DNA from: an uncultured Elusimicrobia bacterium
GTDB taxonomy: Bacteria; Elusimicrobiota; Elusimicrobia; 2-01-FULL-59-12
Length of the DNA stretch: 64,000 bases
NCBI GenBank assembly: GCA_963702895.1
Contig: OY969767.1
Coordinates: 64,001-128,000, forward strand
Reading direction: 5' to 3'
Shown here: piece after piece, positions 27,688-37,782 of the stretch
Layout of the letters: every line of letters starts with the position of its first letter
How positions within the stretch are numbered: the stretch's first letter is position 1
Position numbers and translations under genes: made by a program
Notes under the pieces: model-generated
What the model was told of the DNA's origin: nothing
Database searches by the model: none
What the model saw: the letters and a program-made list of their open reading frames with translations, nothing else

Positions 27688-29075
27688 GAGTTCTTGTCAA
27701 ATGTACTGGAAATAGGGCAACGCCCCTTTCGTTGAATGTCTCTTAGGCCGCGACCTCCAGCTTCTCTCTTTCCACAAATAGTACTTCAACCAATTCCGGC
27801 TTTGCGATCGGCTTCCAGAACTGCGCTAAACGCTCAATGACCTTGTAGACGAATGCCACGCCTGTTCGGGATTTCTGGAACCGGCGCACGACTCGCGTCC
27901 GCAACCGCACTCCCGCGAAGACCGACTCAATCGGATTGCTCGTCTTCAAATGGACCCAGTGCTCCTTCGGAAAGTCGAAGTACCTCAGCAACGTGTCATG
28001 ATCCTTGCGCACACAAGCCGCAGCCTTCGGATAGCGAATTTCAAGATCCTCAGCCAACAAGGCCAACTGGTTCTCCGCGTCTTCGCGGCGCTCCGCCTGA
28101 TAGGCCACCCGCAGGCGATTGAGGACTTCATCCTGCTTAGCCTTCGGCACTTTATCCACGACGTTGCGCATCTTGTGCTTCCAACACCGTTGATCCTTCG
28201 CCGAGGGATACACCTCTGCCACCGCCTCCCAGAGCCCTCCGATCCCGTCGCCGATGACCAACAGCGGAGCAGGCATACCGCGCTCCGCGACCCCTCTCCA
28301 GATTTCCTTCCAGGAATCCCGGCTCTCCCGGTAGCCTTCCATCAGCGCGATCAGTTCCTTCTGGCCTTTCGCGTTGACGCCCACCAGAACCAGAAGCGCT
28401 GTGTTCTCTTTTTCCAGCCCCGCTTTTAAATACACGCCGTCTGCCCAGACATAGGCGTAACGCGTCTCCGATAGGTCCCGGCGACTGAACGTAGCCAGGT
28501 CCGACTGAAACTTCGCCGATAGACGCAGGATCGTGCTGGCTGATAAGGTGGCTCCATCCCCGATCAGTGCTCGCAACGCCGGCTCAAAGTCCCGACTCGA
28601 GAGTCCCTCCAGGTACAGCCGCCGGAATAACTCCTCGACCCCTTCCGTCCGCCGCTGGTAGGGCCGCAAGATGCTCGACTCAAACTCGCCTCCGTCCACC
28701 TGGGGCACCGATAGCTTCAGCCCCGCCCCCAACACCGTCACCTTCCGCTCCCGCGTTCCGTTCCGATAGCCTTTCTCCAGATTCTTCGCCCGTTCATAGC
28801 GCCGACGCTCTAAATACATCGTCACTTCTTCTTCCAGGGCCTCCACCAGCATCTTGCGCGCTCCTTCACGGGCCAGATAATCCACCATGCTCTCGCCTTT
28901 GTGCTGAGTCCCTTTCTCGTTTACAATGGTTTCCATAACGGCGTCTCCTTTTCGTTTATTGTCCGCTCGAACGGACAGGTTTGTGTGTTTCAACGAAAGG
29001 GTACGCCGTTTCTATTTCCTAAGGCAAATCCTTCCTTGCCTTAAAACCTATTTCCAGCACTTTTGATGGTAACTC
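27688..29075 (-). mobile_element. IS256-family insertion sequence (1,388 bp)
   Basis: Imperfect 29-bp TIRs (GAGTT....TCAAA.GT.CTGGAAATAGG, 23/29) and 8-bp TSD GTCAAAAT at 27680-27687 and 29076-29083. Confidence 0.92.
27743..28936 (-). CDS. IS256 family (Mutator-like) DDE transposase
   Basis: YRNG, YVWADGVY, LVIGDG, QRCWKHK.RN, KTSNPIES; SD AAGGAG before METIVNE. Confidence 0.95.
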   Translation of the reverse strand: METIVNEKGTQHKGESMVDYLAREGARKMLVEALEEEVTMYLERRRYERAKNLEKGYRNGTRERKVTVLGAGLKLSVPQVDGGEFESSILRPYQRRTEGVEELFRRLYLEGLSSRDFEPALRALIGDGATLSASTILRLSAKFQSDLATFSRRDLSETRYAYVWADGVYLKAGLEKENTALLVLVGVNAKGQKELIALMEGYRESRDSWKEIWRGVAERGMPAPLLVIGDGIGGLWEAVAEVYPSAKDQRCWKHKMRNVVDKVPKAKQDEVLNRLRVAYQAERREDAENQLALLAEDLEIRYPKAAACVRKDHDTLLRYFDFPKEHWVHLKTSNPIESVFAGVRLRTRVVRRFQKSRTGVAFVYKVIERLAQFWKPIAKPELVEVLFVEREKLEVAA

Positions 29076-29107
29076 GTCAAAATCGATGCATAAGACCTAG
29101 TTCCTTA

Positions 29108-29176
29108 TGGGCCCTTTAGGACAAGAAAATTAGCCCTCCGATCTATTTAAGCTCAGGTTCAAATCCCGCATAATTT
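29108..29176 (+). promoter_or_regulatory. Conserved upstream motif of giant protein 1
   Basis: TGGGCCCTTT-N12-TTAGCCCTCCG-N28-CATAAT; homologous to 42263-42331 (-). Confidence 0.7.
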
Positions 29177-29225
29177 ACTATCGGTTCGGTCGCCAGACGC
29201 CTGGCGACCGCGCACGGAATTCATC

Positions 29226-32200
29226 ATGAACAAACGCCTCAAGCGTCTCATCGCGCTCCTCCTTGTTTTCTGCCTCGTCGCGGATCCCGCCACGGCCGCC
29301 GCCTGGGGAGCTTTCGCGACGCGCCGGCCGGCGCCCGCCGCCGCGCCAAGCCTGTTTGCCGAACAGGCCCTGACTGCATACTTAACCCAGCACCGGAGGC
29401 CCTCCTTCGGCGAATCCGCTCACCGTATTGATAAAGAAACGGGCCAGGCTCGTGATCCTTTACAAACAAAACCTGATTCCGCATCGAGCGCCCCGCTGGC
29501 GCGCTCCTTCCGCGGATCTGTTCGCACGACTGCATTATTGGTTTTGGCGCTGGCCGTAGGCGCCCTGACCAGCCCGGCGGAAGCCAATCCCATAATCGCG
29601 GCGATGAATCCTCCGGCGATTGCCGGCGCGATTGCCGCCGGGGCAGCGCAGAGCGGCCTCGGGACGATCGTTGTCCCCATGGCCCAGGCGCTCCAGGCCC
29701 AGGAGTCCCCGCTCGCCCCGCAGGCAGTCCAGGAACGAATCAAGACGCTGGCTGAGCAACTCCTCACCCATCCGGAAGCCCGGATGCGGATCGCGGCCGC
29801 TCGAGAGCTGGGCCGGATTTCCGACCCGGCGGCGATCGACAGCCTGATCCAAGGCATCAGCGACCCCGAGGGAAGGCGGCAATACAGCACGCACCTGGAA
29901 TTTGGGGTGAAGGTGGTAAAAGGTGGGCGTGATGCCGGGGTCGTGTCCTGGGCGATGGAAGGCCTCATCAAAATAGGAGATCCAGCAGCAGATGCTGTTT
30001 TGGGGGAGCTGAACCAGCAGCTCGCAGATCCGACCCCCTCGTTGGTCGGCCTTCACAATATAGCCGTGATTTTGGGAGAGGTCGGGCGGCCAAACGCCAT
30101 CCCCTCCCTTCAAACACTCCTCCAATTTGAAGATCCCGAACTGAGTTCGGTGGCCACGAAAGCCATCGACATGATTCAAGCTCGCGCCTTGCCGAAGGCC
30201 CTGTCATGGATTGTCTGGTTGGCCACCCTGGGACTCTTCCCCACGATTCTCATGGCGGCCTCACGACGTTCACGCATGCCTAAAACGAAAACGATGTCCC
30301 CGCCAGCGAAGAAAGAAAACCGACCCAAAGATCTTGGCCAGCTCGGAAGGGAAAAACTGGAGAGACTGAATTCCGCGACGCTCTTCGATCTGGTGCTGCT
30401 GCAACTGCATCCCACAGTGGCGAAGAAGATTCTTACCGCAAAGGGACATAAACCCTTTAAAGATTTGCAGGATTTAAGCTCTCGGCTGCAGGGTCAAGGT
30501 CTGAACAGGGCTGAAATCAGTTCGATTGTCGTGCTTCTGCAACAAAGCGAAATACCCATAGCGCACACAGCGGTTCTAGACTACGTGCGCGACAAAAGCG
30601 TCAATTTCTCCGAAACAGCGGTATTGCTATTGTTGGAGGGCGTTAAAGCCACGCCTGACGACCTTCTTCTTATGGCGCGCGCCATCGCGCAGGCGATCCA
30701 AGAAGAGAAAACAGTGGACGAAATCTTGGAGCTCCCGGAGCTGCAAGCCAAGGGAAGCGCTTTCCGGTTTGCCCGGAATCTTGAGTGGAAGGCCCGGCGC
30801 TTCTTGGACCAGTTTCGATTTGACCTCCACATGGCACTTGCGCGTTACAACCTTACAGCAGAAGACTTCGACGTTGCCGCGGGTTATGCCGCTGAGGCTC
30901 GTGACGCGGCGCGCTTCTTTGATTTACAAGACCCAGATAATCAAAAAAGAATCAAGGATCTTGAGCAACTGATGGGGGACATCGACTCTGCTCGGTTCCT
31001 GCATCGGCCTAGCGCTAACCCCATTGGCCAGACTATGGGCTCCGGCCCGCGCCGGGGCGTGAGGGGTGGAACCGAGGCCATCGAACCGAAGGTCATCGAT
31101 TATCTTGAGCGGCAAACAAGACTTTCCAGGGATAAGGTTCAACAAGTTCTGGGAGAACTCAAAGTTTCCAAGGCTAATCAGTATGGGGTCTGGCTTCGAC
31201 AAATCTACGACCTTTCGCGATCAAATGGGGGTATGCCGCTGAGCCGTATGCCCCGCGACAATGGCCTGATTGCCGCCCTTCGCGCGCTCCAGGACAAAAA
31301 GACGAGTTCGCCCTCTCCGAGCGCGCCTCGTGACGTTCAGAAGGAGCGGCGGATGATCCTCGCCGAAATCCAGGCACTCCTCAAGAAAATTCCAGCGCCC
31401 CCCGGGGAGACACGGCCCGTCATCACCGACCAACAACTCGCGCACGCCCTCGATAATCGCATTGATTTGTCCAACACCCTTCAAGTCGTCAGTATTCCCC
31501 GATCGGTAAAACGCGAAATCGGCCCTCTGCTGGAGAGACTCGAAAAGAGGTGGCCCACAATACTGTCTCCGGCAGAGTTCGCCTCCCTCACTCCCCACGA
31601 CCACCTGGCGAGAGCCCGGCAGATGTCGGGGGCGAAAAGATATGGCGAAGCAATTGCCGCTTACCAACAGGTTTTGAAGGAAGCGCCCCGCTATGACTTT
31701 GAAATCAGACACATTGCCATGCTGGAATTGGCGAACGCTTATCGTTTATCGGAGGACTATGACGCCGCCCTGGCGGTGCTGGCACAATTGCTCGAGGCTC
31801 TTCATGGGCGGACCGTGAACCCTCTAGAACCTTTGGTTAATGACAGGTTCGAGCATGACGCGCTTTACCTCCAGGCGGAGTGTGAAGCTGCCCTGGGTCA
31901 CGTCGATCTGGCGATCCATGATTACCTGCAATCCCTCAAGCTCCTGGAGAATCGCCGGAAAGCAATCGCGGGATCAACGTCTCTCCGGGACGATCCAAAA
32001 AAGACAGCGGCTGCTCTGGCAGAGCACGACCAACTCATCCTCAGCCGGTCCTGTTCCCTGGCGCGGGTTTACATGAAGCAAAAGCAATGGACCTTGGCCA
32101 AAGCGGCCTTGAAACGGGCACAGGCCGTCGACCCGGAAAACCCGGTGTATCTGGACGCCCGCCTCTCTTTTGCCAACCTGTACGTTTATGCTCTCTTAAC

Positions 32201-35200
32201 GGCCGATCCCCGTTCCCTCGAGCGCGATCTTCAAGAGATTGAACACTTGCTCCTGGAAGCGGTGGCCTTATCCCAGGCGCTGCGGCTGCGAATTGAGACG
32301 TCGCCTCCTTCCGCCCAAAAGGATGCCCTTTTAAAAAGATTTCTTGAAGACGAGATCTCGGCAAGAGCCGACCTGACGTTTCAAGTTCTGGAGCCGCAAC
32401 ATCGGTATGCCGAAGTGGAACAGCAGGTCCGAAGTATATTGGCGATAAGCCAGGATGAAGAGCTCAAGCAGCAGTGCCGGAACGCGTTGGCATGGGGTGC
32501 TTATTACCAGGAGGATTTGTGGGGGGCTTGGAAAGCCTTGCACCTGGAGGTGAACCACCTTCCGGTCGATTACCAGCCCGTGTTGCTGGAGAAGGACAAT
32601 CTGAACCTCTGGACCCTCGACACCATGATCCGGCTGCGCCTGGCTCAGCACCAGGGCCAACAGAATGTGGAGGCTCAAGAGGTCGATAGGAAGCATCCCT
32701 TGCCGTCTGATCCCGTTTCGCGGGGACTGGAAATCCGCTGGCGTCGCGAAGCGGCCTTCAGTGATGCTTTGGGCCCGGCCGGTACCGCCCTGTGGCGGCT
32801 GGCGGAGATGGAGCGCGGCGGCGAGGCCGGCGCGGCCCCCGCGCTGAGGCCTTCGCCCTACGACCGAATCCGGCAGGGGCTGGACAAGCTGCGCTTTTCC
32901 CGGGAGAAACTTGGGAAGCCCGACCAGGACATTGCCGAATTACTTATGGTGGTAGGCGAGATCGCGGTCGAAGCCCGCTGGCTGGACCTCGCCCAGGAGG
33001 CCTTCGATCTCGCCGTCGAATTTTACGATTCACCCCAGACCCGGCTCTACGCGGAGAGCATCCCCGCGCTCTGGTTGAAGGACGACAGGTCTCGAGACGA
33101 GAAGAAGACAGCGCGTGAAAGGTATGACTCCCATCGATTTCTCTTCCTTGAGAAAAGGGAAACCCCATCATGGGTCAGCGAGTCCCAAACAGCGCTTCAG
33201 GACCTGGGAGAGAATCCCACGGTGCCGCAATTGGAAAAATTCCTCACCGATCTGCGGGCCCGCACGCTCTTCTTTGAAGATTTCCAATTAGACCCGGATC
33301 CGTCGATCGCCAGGGCCGCTTTGGCGGGCCGACTCAATCAGGCGCGCTTGCGATCGGAGTGGCTTGATCATTTCGAAACAGACTTAGAGGCTTTCGGAGA
33401 TCAGGCCGATTCGATTAGAGCCCTGGTGTGGGATGTTTACAAGATCAAACTGGGGAACGGCCACCTGGGTGTGGACCTCGTGGATTGGCTGGGATCGATT
33501 CCGCCGGACCAAAGAGAGGTTTATGTCAAAGCCCTCTCTCTTGACAAACGCCAAAACCCCTTGATTAGCCTAGTAGAGGCGTGGCTTTCGCTTTACCTGA
33601 CCAGCGTCTCGTTTATTCTTCCGCCCAAGGCGCGCAACAAGCTGGCGTCCGTGGCGGTGACACGAGACTGCGCGCTGACCGTTCTCGAACAGATTGTCCT
33701 CCGGATGAGGAAGGCGAAGCTGCAGAATGTCGCCGCCAGCGAGGCCGCCGGAGAAATCGCCGATGCCATTCATTCTGACCGCACGGACGTGGAGGTGATG
33801 GCGGAGGTTGATAAGATCCTGGGCCTCCCGCAGACGGCTGGATCGGCGAAGGAGCGAACCGGCGAACCGGCGACAGAACCGCAAAATGTTTCGCCGAAAC
33901 GCCCCCTCGCCGATTCGCCCGCTCGACCGCCCAATCTGTCCCCCGTCGCCGCGTCGGATGTCGCGCGCGCGGCCGGGAATGGGAGTTCCTCCGGTGCCGT
34001 GGATGTGGTAATCCTCGCGTGCGTGGCCGCGTTGGCGGGAGTTCTTCGCTTTGCTCTGGGTGATGATTCTGGTGCTGCTGGGGTCATGGCTGCAGGTCTC
34101 ATCCCTTGGAAGTCCCTTCGGCCCGTGGTGATCTGGATACAGCGGCAATTCGAAGATCCTTTGGCTGAATTGGGGCGTGGACAGGAATCGGACACGCAAG
34201 GACCTGCCGCGCATTTGGGCGCAGAAACAGTTCAGAGAATGTGGGTCGAACTCTCCAAACTGTCGCCCCCTGCAGGATCGCAAGGACGGGGACCGCTTGA
34301 AGATGCGCTCCGTCGGGACTCTGGCCAGGATGACGAGGATCATGCCGAATTCAAGTCGAAGATCGAAAACCGGAAGCACATCCTGAATACGCTCATGGCC
34401 TTTTTGTCTGTCGAGGTGGTCTGTGAATCACTGGCCCATCAATTTACCAGGGCAGGGCACGCTGTCAGGCTATTGTCAGACCAGATCAAAGGACAACTTT
34501 CACTTCGCAAGCCAGGGGCATCCTATTTCATCAGTCCAGCCCTCGCCAGGACATTGGATCTTCATTGCGGGCCATCCGCCAAGGCCCTCGGGAAAGCACT
34601 CCTTCAGGAAGTTTGGCTGAAGGATCCTATCTCGACCGCGAAGCTCCTGATGACATTAAGCACCACAGGCGAGGAGCATTCTTTCCAATCGGTTGTGAGC
34701 GTCTTGGGGATCGAACGCCTGCGCCAGGCCCTGCTCCGCTCCCCTTCCATTTGTGCGCAAACAATCGAGAGACTGATGAGCCACCCTCACCGTTCGGGAC
34801 AGTGGGCCGAGTGGTGGCGCACCCAGACCTCCTTCCCGATGCCGTTGCCGTTTGGAGCATGGGAGTACCTGGCGCACAAAGACGTCTTTGGACCGAAGGT
34901 GCTGCAGGACAGCTTCGACCAGCATCCCGTCGAGCTGGGAATTCTGGTGATTGAAATTGAACGGCTCCCTGCCGCGTTCGAGGCCTTGGTTCAGGGCTTG
35001 CATGATTCGAAGCATCCGTCCGATCCCCTGTGGCGGCTCAAGGGTCTCGTCTCCTCCAACCCGGGGGTCCTGATCCCGCTGCTCCGTGTGTTGTCTGACC
35101 CGAAGAGTCAAAGGGCGTTTGCTCACCTGATCCGCAGGTGGGGGCCTGTGGATATCGCGGACTCTCTCGAGACCAGCCCCAGCGAATTGATCCGCGAGCT

Positions 35201-36263
35201 TGAACACGCGAGAAAGGAGGAGAAATTCAGTTTCATCGATAGCCTTCGCCACAAAATCCACAAACGCGTCTTTCGTTCGCTGCACAAGAATCTTACAGAT
35301 CTGCAGAAGTCCTTTATGCCCGAGCGTTGGAAATCAGAAGAGTTCAAAAAGAAGGCGACAGATGAGATCGAACGGTGGGTCAAAGAGCACCCGTTTGGAG
35401 TGAATTATATCCTGCCACGGGTCTTGAGAAGGCGGCTGCGAGGCCAAACGTATCAGTGGACATTTCTGGGGGGTGACTCCGCAGTGCTTATCTATGCGCA
35501 GGAATGGGCGCCCGGCTCCAGCGTGCTCGCTCCGCCGACTCAGTATACGGACCATATGAATGCAGTGATTCCTCTGGAGCACGGCCTCACTCTCAAGCGG
35601 TATATCATCCATCGCGCTCCCGAAGTGGGAGCCCAGGCGCTCTCCTCGAGCCGACACAAAGAGGTGGTTGACCTCACACTGGCGGACACGCGCCAGCCTG
35701 AGAAAGACCGCGTCCAATGGCTCTCCACCAAGACGAACGAAGTCGAGCAAATCGTCAACAACGCCGGGTCCAGGGTGTTCGTTTTGAACATCGTTTTCTA
35801 CGGCTACCCGCTCGTCACGACGTTCATCCCGGAAGGCTCCCAGCCAGACCGAAATCAAGTGAGATGCATTGCCCGGCGTCACGTGGCCGATGATCCGACC
35901 TTGCCGATCGGTGAGGCGCTGATCGGAGAGCGAGGAACGGTCAAGCTCAAAAAAGACCAGGTCGCGAAATTGAGACGTACGTTAGAGGCCTCTTTGGAAG
36001 GAAATGTTGACATGCCGGAAATCTATACAGCCGAAGGGACCGCACTCATCACGCCCATAGAGGCCTTGGACTATATGGATCAGCACCGCCTCACGATCTA
36101 TCGCACCAGAGATCATGCCTATGTTTTCAAGTCCTCCGGCTTCGCGGCATCGCAGGGCGGCGCGTCGGGGACCCCGTTGTCACCGAAACCCTCAAAAACA
36201 TCCCCCCCTGCGGACGCTTCTCCCTCCCCATCGCTGCTCCGACGCCTCGCCGCCGCCGCTTAA
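29226..36263 (+). CDS. Giant modular protein 1 (2,345 aa): signal peptide, HEAT, TM, HhH-like, TPR, TM, cupin-like
   Basis: Long ORF; MNKRLKRLIALLLVFCLVADPATA; HEAT 'RIAAARELGRISDP'; TPR region; ends LRRLAAAA. Confidence 0.85.
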   Translation: MNKRLKRLIALLLVFCLVADPATAAAWGAFATRRPAPAAAPSLFAEQALTAYLTQHRRPSFGESAHRIDKETGQARDPLQTKPDSASSAPLARSFRGSVRTTALLVLALAVGALTSPAEANPIIAAMNPPAIAGAIAAGAAQSGLGTIVVPMAQALQAQESPLAPQAVQERIKTLAEQLLTHPEARMRIAAARELGRISDPAAIDSLIQGISDPEGRRQYSTHLEFGVKVVKGGRDAGVVSWAMEGLIKIGDPAADAVLGELNQQLADPTPSLVGLHNIAVILGEVGRPNAIPSLQTLLQFEDPELSSVATKAIDMIQARALPKALSWIVWLATLGLFPTILMAASRRSRMPKTKTMSPPAKKENRPKDLGQLGREKLERLNSATLFDLVLLQLHPTVAKKILTAKGHKPFKDLQDLSSRLQGQGLNRAEISSIVVLLQQSEIPIAHTAVLDYVRDKSVNFSETAVLLLLEGVKATPDDLLLMARAIAQAIQEEKTVDEILELPELQAKGSAFRFARNLEWKARRFLDQFRFDLHMALARYNLTAEDFDVAAGYAAEARDAARFFDLQDPDNQKRIKDLEQLMGDIDSARFLHRPSANPIGQTMGSGPRRGVRGGTEAIEPKVIDYLERQTRLSRDKVQQVLGELKVSKANQYGVWLRQIYDLSRSNGGMPLSRMPRDNGLIAALRALQDKKTSSPSPSAPRDVQKERRMILAEIQALLKKIPAPPGETRPVITDQQLAHALDNRIDLSNTLQVVSIPRSVKREIGPLLERLEKRWPTILSPAEFASLTPHDHLARARQMSGAKRYGEAIAAYQQVLKEAPRYDFEIRHIAMLELANAYRLSEDYDAALAVLAQLLEALHGRTVNPLEPLVNDRFEHDALYLQAECEAALGHVDLAIHDYLQSLKLLENRRKAIAGSTSLRDDPKKTAAALAEHDQLILSRSCSLARVYMKQKQWTLAKAALKRAQAVDPENPVYLDARLSFANLYVYALLTADPRSLERDLQEIEHLLLEAVALSQALRLRIETSPPSAQKDALLKRFLEDEISARADLTFQVLEPQHRYAEVEQQVRSILAISQDEELKQQCRNALAWGAYYQEDLWGAWKALHLEVNHLPVDYQPVLLEKDNLNLWTLDTMIRLRLAQHQGQQNVEAQEVDRKHPLPSDPVSRGLEIRWRREAAFSDALGPAGTALWRLAEMERGGEAGAAPALRPSPYDRIRQGLDKLRFSREKLGKPDQDIAELLMVVGEIAVEARWLDLAQEAFDLAVEFYDSPQTRLYAESIPALWLKDDRSRDEKKTARERYDSHRFLFLEKRETPSWVSESQTALQDLGENPTVPQLEKFLTDLRARTLFFEDFQLDPDPSIARAALAGRLNQARLRSEWLDHFETDLEAFGDQADSIRALVWDVYKIKLGNGHLGVDLVDWLGSIPPDQREVYVKALSLDKRQNPLISLVEAWLSLYLTSVSFILPPKARNKLASVAVTRDCALTVLEQIVLRMRKAKLQNVAASEAAGEIADAIHSDRTDVEVMAEVDKILGLPQTAGSAKERTGEPATEPQNVSPKRPLADSPARPPNLSPVAASDVARAAGNGSSSGAVDVVILACVAALAGVLRFALGDDSGAAGVMAAGLIPWKSLRPVVIWIQRQFEDPLAELGRGQESDTQGPAAHLGAETVQRMWVELSKLSPPAGSQGRGPLEDALRRDSGQDDEDHAEFKSKIENRKHILNTLMAFLSVEVVCESLAHQFTRAGHAVRLLSDQIKGQLSLRKPGASYFISPALARTLDLHCGPSAKALGKALLQEVWLKDPISTAKLLMTLSTTGEEHSFQSVVSVLGIERLRQALLRSPSICAQTIERLMSHPHRSGQWAEWWRTQTSFPMPLPFGAWEYLAHKDVFGPKVLQDSFDQHPVELGILVIEIERLPAAFEALVQGLHDSKHPSDPLWRLKGLVSSNPGVLIPLLRVLSDPKSQRAFAHLIRRWGPVDIADSLETSPSELIRELEHARKEEKFSFIDSLRHKIHKRVFRSLHKNLTDLQKSFMPERWKSEEFKKKATDEIERWVKEHPFGVNYILPRVLRRRLRGQTYQWTFLGGDSAVLIYAQEWAPGSSVLAPPTQYTDHMNAVIPLEHGLTLKRYIIHRAPEVGAQALSSSRHKEVVDLTLADTRQPEKDRVQWLSTKTNEVEQIVNNAGSRVFVLNIVFYGYPLVTTFIPEGSQPDRNQVRCIARRHVADDPTLPIGEALIGERGTVKLKKDQVAKLRRTLEASLEGNVDMPEIYTAEGTALITPIEALDYMDQHRLTIYRTRDHAYVFKSSGFAASQGGASGTPLSPKPSKTSPPADASPSPSLLRRLAAAA

Positions 36264-37720
36264 GAACGGCTTGGCCGGGGGTTCTGGAAGTTCAGGCGGC
36301 GATTGAATTCGGAGGCGAGCCAGTCGGCCTGGCTTTTGTCGCGGAGCATCGCGAAGACGATGAGCGGCTTGCTGACTCTTCGTCGCAGCATGATCCCATA
36401 GGATGGATTCTGGTTGGTTTGCGCCATCACCGAGATGCCGGCCTCGAGAACCTCTCCCGGCGGCGCTTTCCAGGATTTCTGAAAACCCAGGAGCCGGTAC
36501 GTCAACACCACGCCGTCGGACCCCATGGTGAGGCGCACTTCGCCCGCCGCCGCCCACAGCAGCGCCAGCACCACGATCATCCCGAACAGGCCAGCCACCA
36601 GAGGAAAAATAAGCGGGGCTCCCGCTTTTGAGATCACCATGGCGACCGCGACCGTGAACGCCAACGACAGGAGGCATCCCAGGGCGCTGGCGGCCCCTCC
36701 CGGCGGAGCCAGGATGAACTGGGTGCCGCCCGGCACAGACACGATGCGGACCCGGGAAGGCGCTGGCGCCTCGCCCCGGCTGGCGGGCCGGATGAAGCCG
36801 TCGGGAAGCGTTTCACGCGGCTGGCTCGGGTCTTCCGGCAGGGTCCGGAAGACCGGCACCTCAAAGATCAGGTTGAGATCGGCGCCCGGCACGGCCGCCG
36901 ACACCCGCAGCCGCCAGATCACCTGGCGGTCCGCCGACTCGTCATTCCAGGGCTCGCACTCCGGCGGAATGGGGATCGACACGGGAACAGCCGTGAGCGC
37001 CTCCGGATAAGAAGGGACGGGGCCGGGCACGCGCGCGCCCGCTTCCCAGAGGATGTGCTCTTGCGTATCGTCGGAGCCGTGCGTGCGCCGCAGGCAGGAA
37101 AGTTTCACTTCAAAGCCGGCTGCCGGGTCAAGCCGCGGCGGGATCAGCACCACGCCCTTGAGGCTGCCGCCGATGGCCGCGGGCGCCGCGCTCATGTGAA
37201 AGACGCACCGGCGGAACCGGAGCCAGCGCAGCGTCTGCGCGAGCGCCCAATACAGCAGCCCCGCGCCAAAGAGCGGAAAAATAAGAATGAGCAAAATCCG
37301 CCAGTCGCCCTTTTGCGCATACTCCCGGACCGCCAGAACGGCTCCCGCCAGTGCGGCCGCATTCCAGAAGAGGGAAAACCCCGTGATGAACAACAGGCCG
37401 GCTTCTCCTTTGGCCGGAAGCACGCCGCGGGCAAAGTCATCCCGCCACAGCCAGGGGCGGCCGGGGTTGGCGGCGCGCTGTTCAGCGCGCCGGCGCTCCT
37501 CGCGCCGGCTGTAGAGGAGAAGCGCCGCCAACCCGCACGGAAAGGCGAGGAAGACGACGCCGAAAGCCGCAAGGGCCAGCCCCTGCGGCCACTGTCCCTT
37601 CACCGCCAGGCCTATGCCTATCACGACCGCCGCCAGGCCCGCCAGAAGAAAAGGGACAAGAAAAAAGGATAGGCCGATGGGGGCTCTCCGCCACCAACCC
37701 CGGACGCGATCGGTCGCCAT
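36260..37720 (-). CDS. Hypothetical multi-pass membrane protein
   Basis: Three TM hairpins; 'PWLWRDD', 'SLFWN', 'IFPLFGAGLL', 'FEVPVF'; TAGGAT 6 nt upstream of ATG. Confidence 0.8.
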   Translation of the reverse strand: MATDRVRGWWRRAPIGLSFFLVPFLLAGLAAVVIGIGLAVKGQWPQGLALAAFGVVFLAFPCGLAALLLYSRREERRRAEQRAANPGRPWLWRDDFARGVLPAKGEAGLLFITGFSLFWNAAALAGAVLAVREYAQKGDWRILLILIFPLFGAGLLYWALAQTLRWLRFRRCVFHMSAAPAAIGGSLKGVVLIPPRLDPAAGFEVKLSCLRRTHGSDDTQEHILWEAGARVPGPVPSYPEALTAVPVSIPIPPECEPWNDESADRQVIWRLRVSAAVPGADLNLIFEVPVFRTLPEDPSQPRETLPDGFIRPASRGEAPAPSRVRIVSVPGGTQFILAPPGGAASALGCLLSLAFTVAVAMVISKAGAPLIFPLVAGLFGMIVVLALLWAAAGEVRLTMGSDGVVLTYRLLGFQKSWKAPPGEVLEAGISVMAQTNQNPSYGIMLRRRVSKPLIVFAMLRDKSQADWLASEFNRRLNFQNPRPSRS

Positions 37721-37782
37721 GGCCCAATCCTATACGGCATGGCTCATTTTGGCAATGGCGAATGGAGGAGGAATGGCCGCGC

